Origin: Bacteroidia bacterium | GTDB taxonomy: Bacteria > Bacteroidota > Bacteroidia > M30B66 | Direction of reading: 5' to 3' | Length of the DNA: 64,000 nt | NCBI GenBank assembly: GCA_965279035.1 | Contig: OZ257142.1 | Coordinates: 1,472,001-1,536,000 of the forward strand | Shown here: positions 63,920 through 64,000 of the stretch, piece after piece | Position numbering within the stretch: the first letter of the stretch is position 1 | Layout of the letters: every line of letters starts with the position of its first letter | Program-made: the position numbers and the translations under genes | The notes under the pieces: model-generated | The model's database searches: none | Told to the model about the DNA's origin: nothing | Seen by the model: the letters and a program-made list of their open reading frames with translations, nothing else

Positions 63920-64000
63920 GATCGAATTTTAAATGAAATCAATTAATTCCGCTTCAATTTAGTGGAGTAGAAATACATCAATAATCCGGTTAATATTGCT

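Overview
AT-rich chromosomal window from a Bacteroidota organism (inferred from several T9SS C-terminal sorting domains, TAnnTTTG promoter boxes and the gene families present). No tRNA, rRNA or CRISPR array was recognised. Contents in order: a 5'-truncated DabA/DabB inorganic-carbon uptake pair; U32 protein plus ferredoxin; a minus-strand run containing a T9SS-secreted cytochrome c/copper-monooxygenase fusion and a secreted beta-propeller; a lipoprotein-VTC-DUF4956-DUF2490 operon; a ~3020-aa repetitive T9SS surface protein; a TetR-controlled type I-like exporter whose ABC membrane domain is fused to HlyD with no ATPase domain; an icd-DUF6671-CbbR-like LysR cluster; an IS1595 nested in one of two copies of a ~380-bp structured MITE-like element; four covarying Flavo-1-like structured repeats; and a GltD-like/KorA/KorB operon. 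Two genes are broken by single-base lesions. Family assignments come from motif recognition by eye, not database searches.
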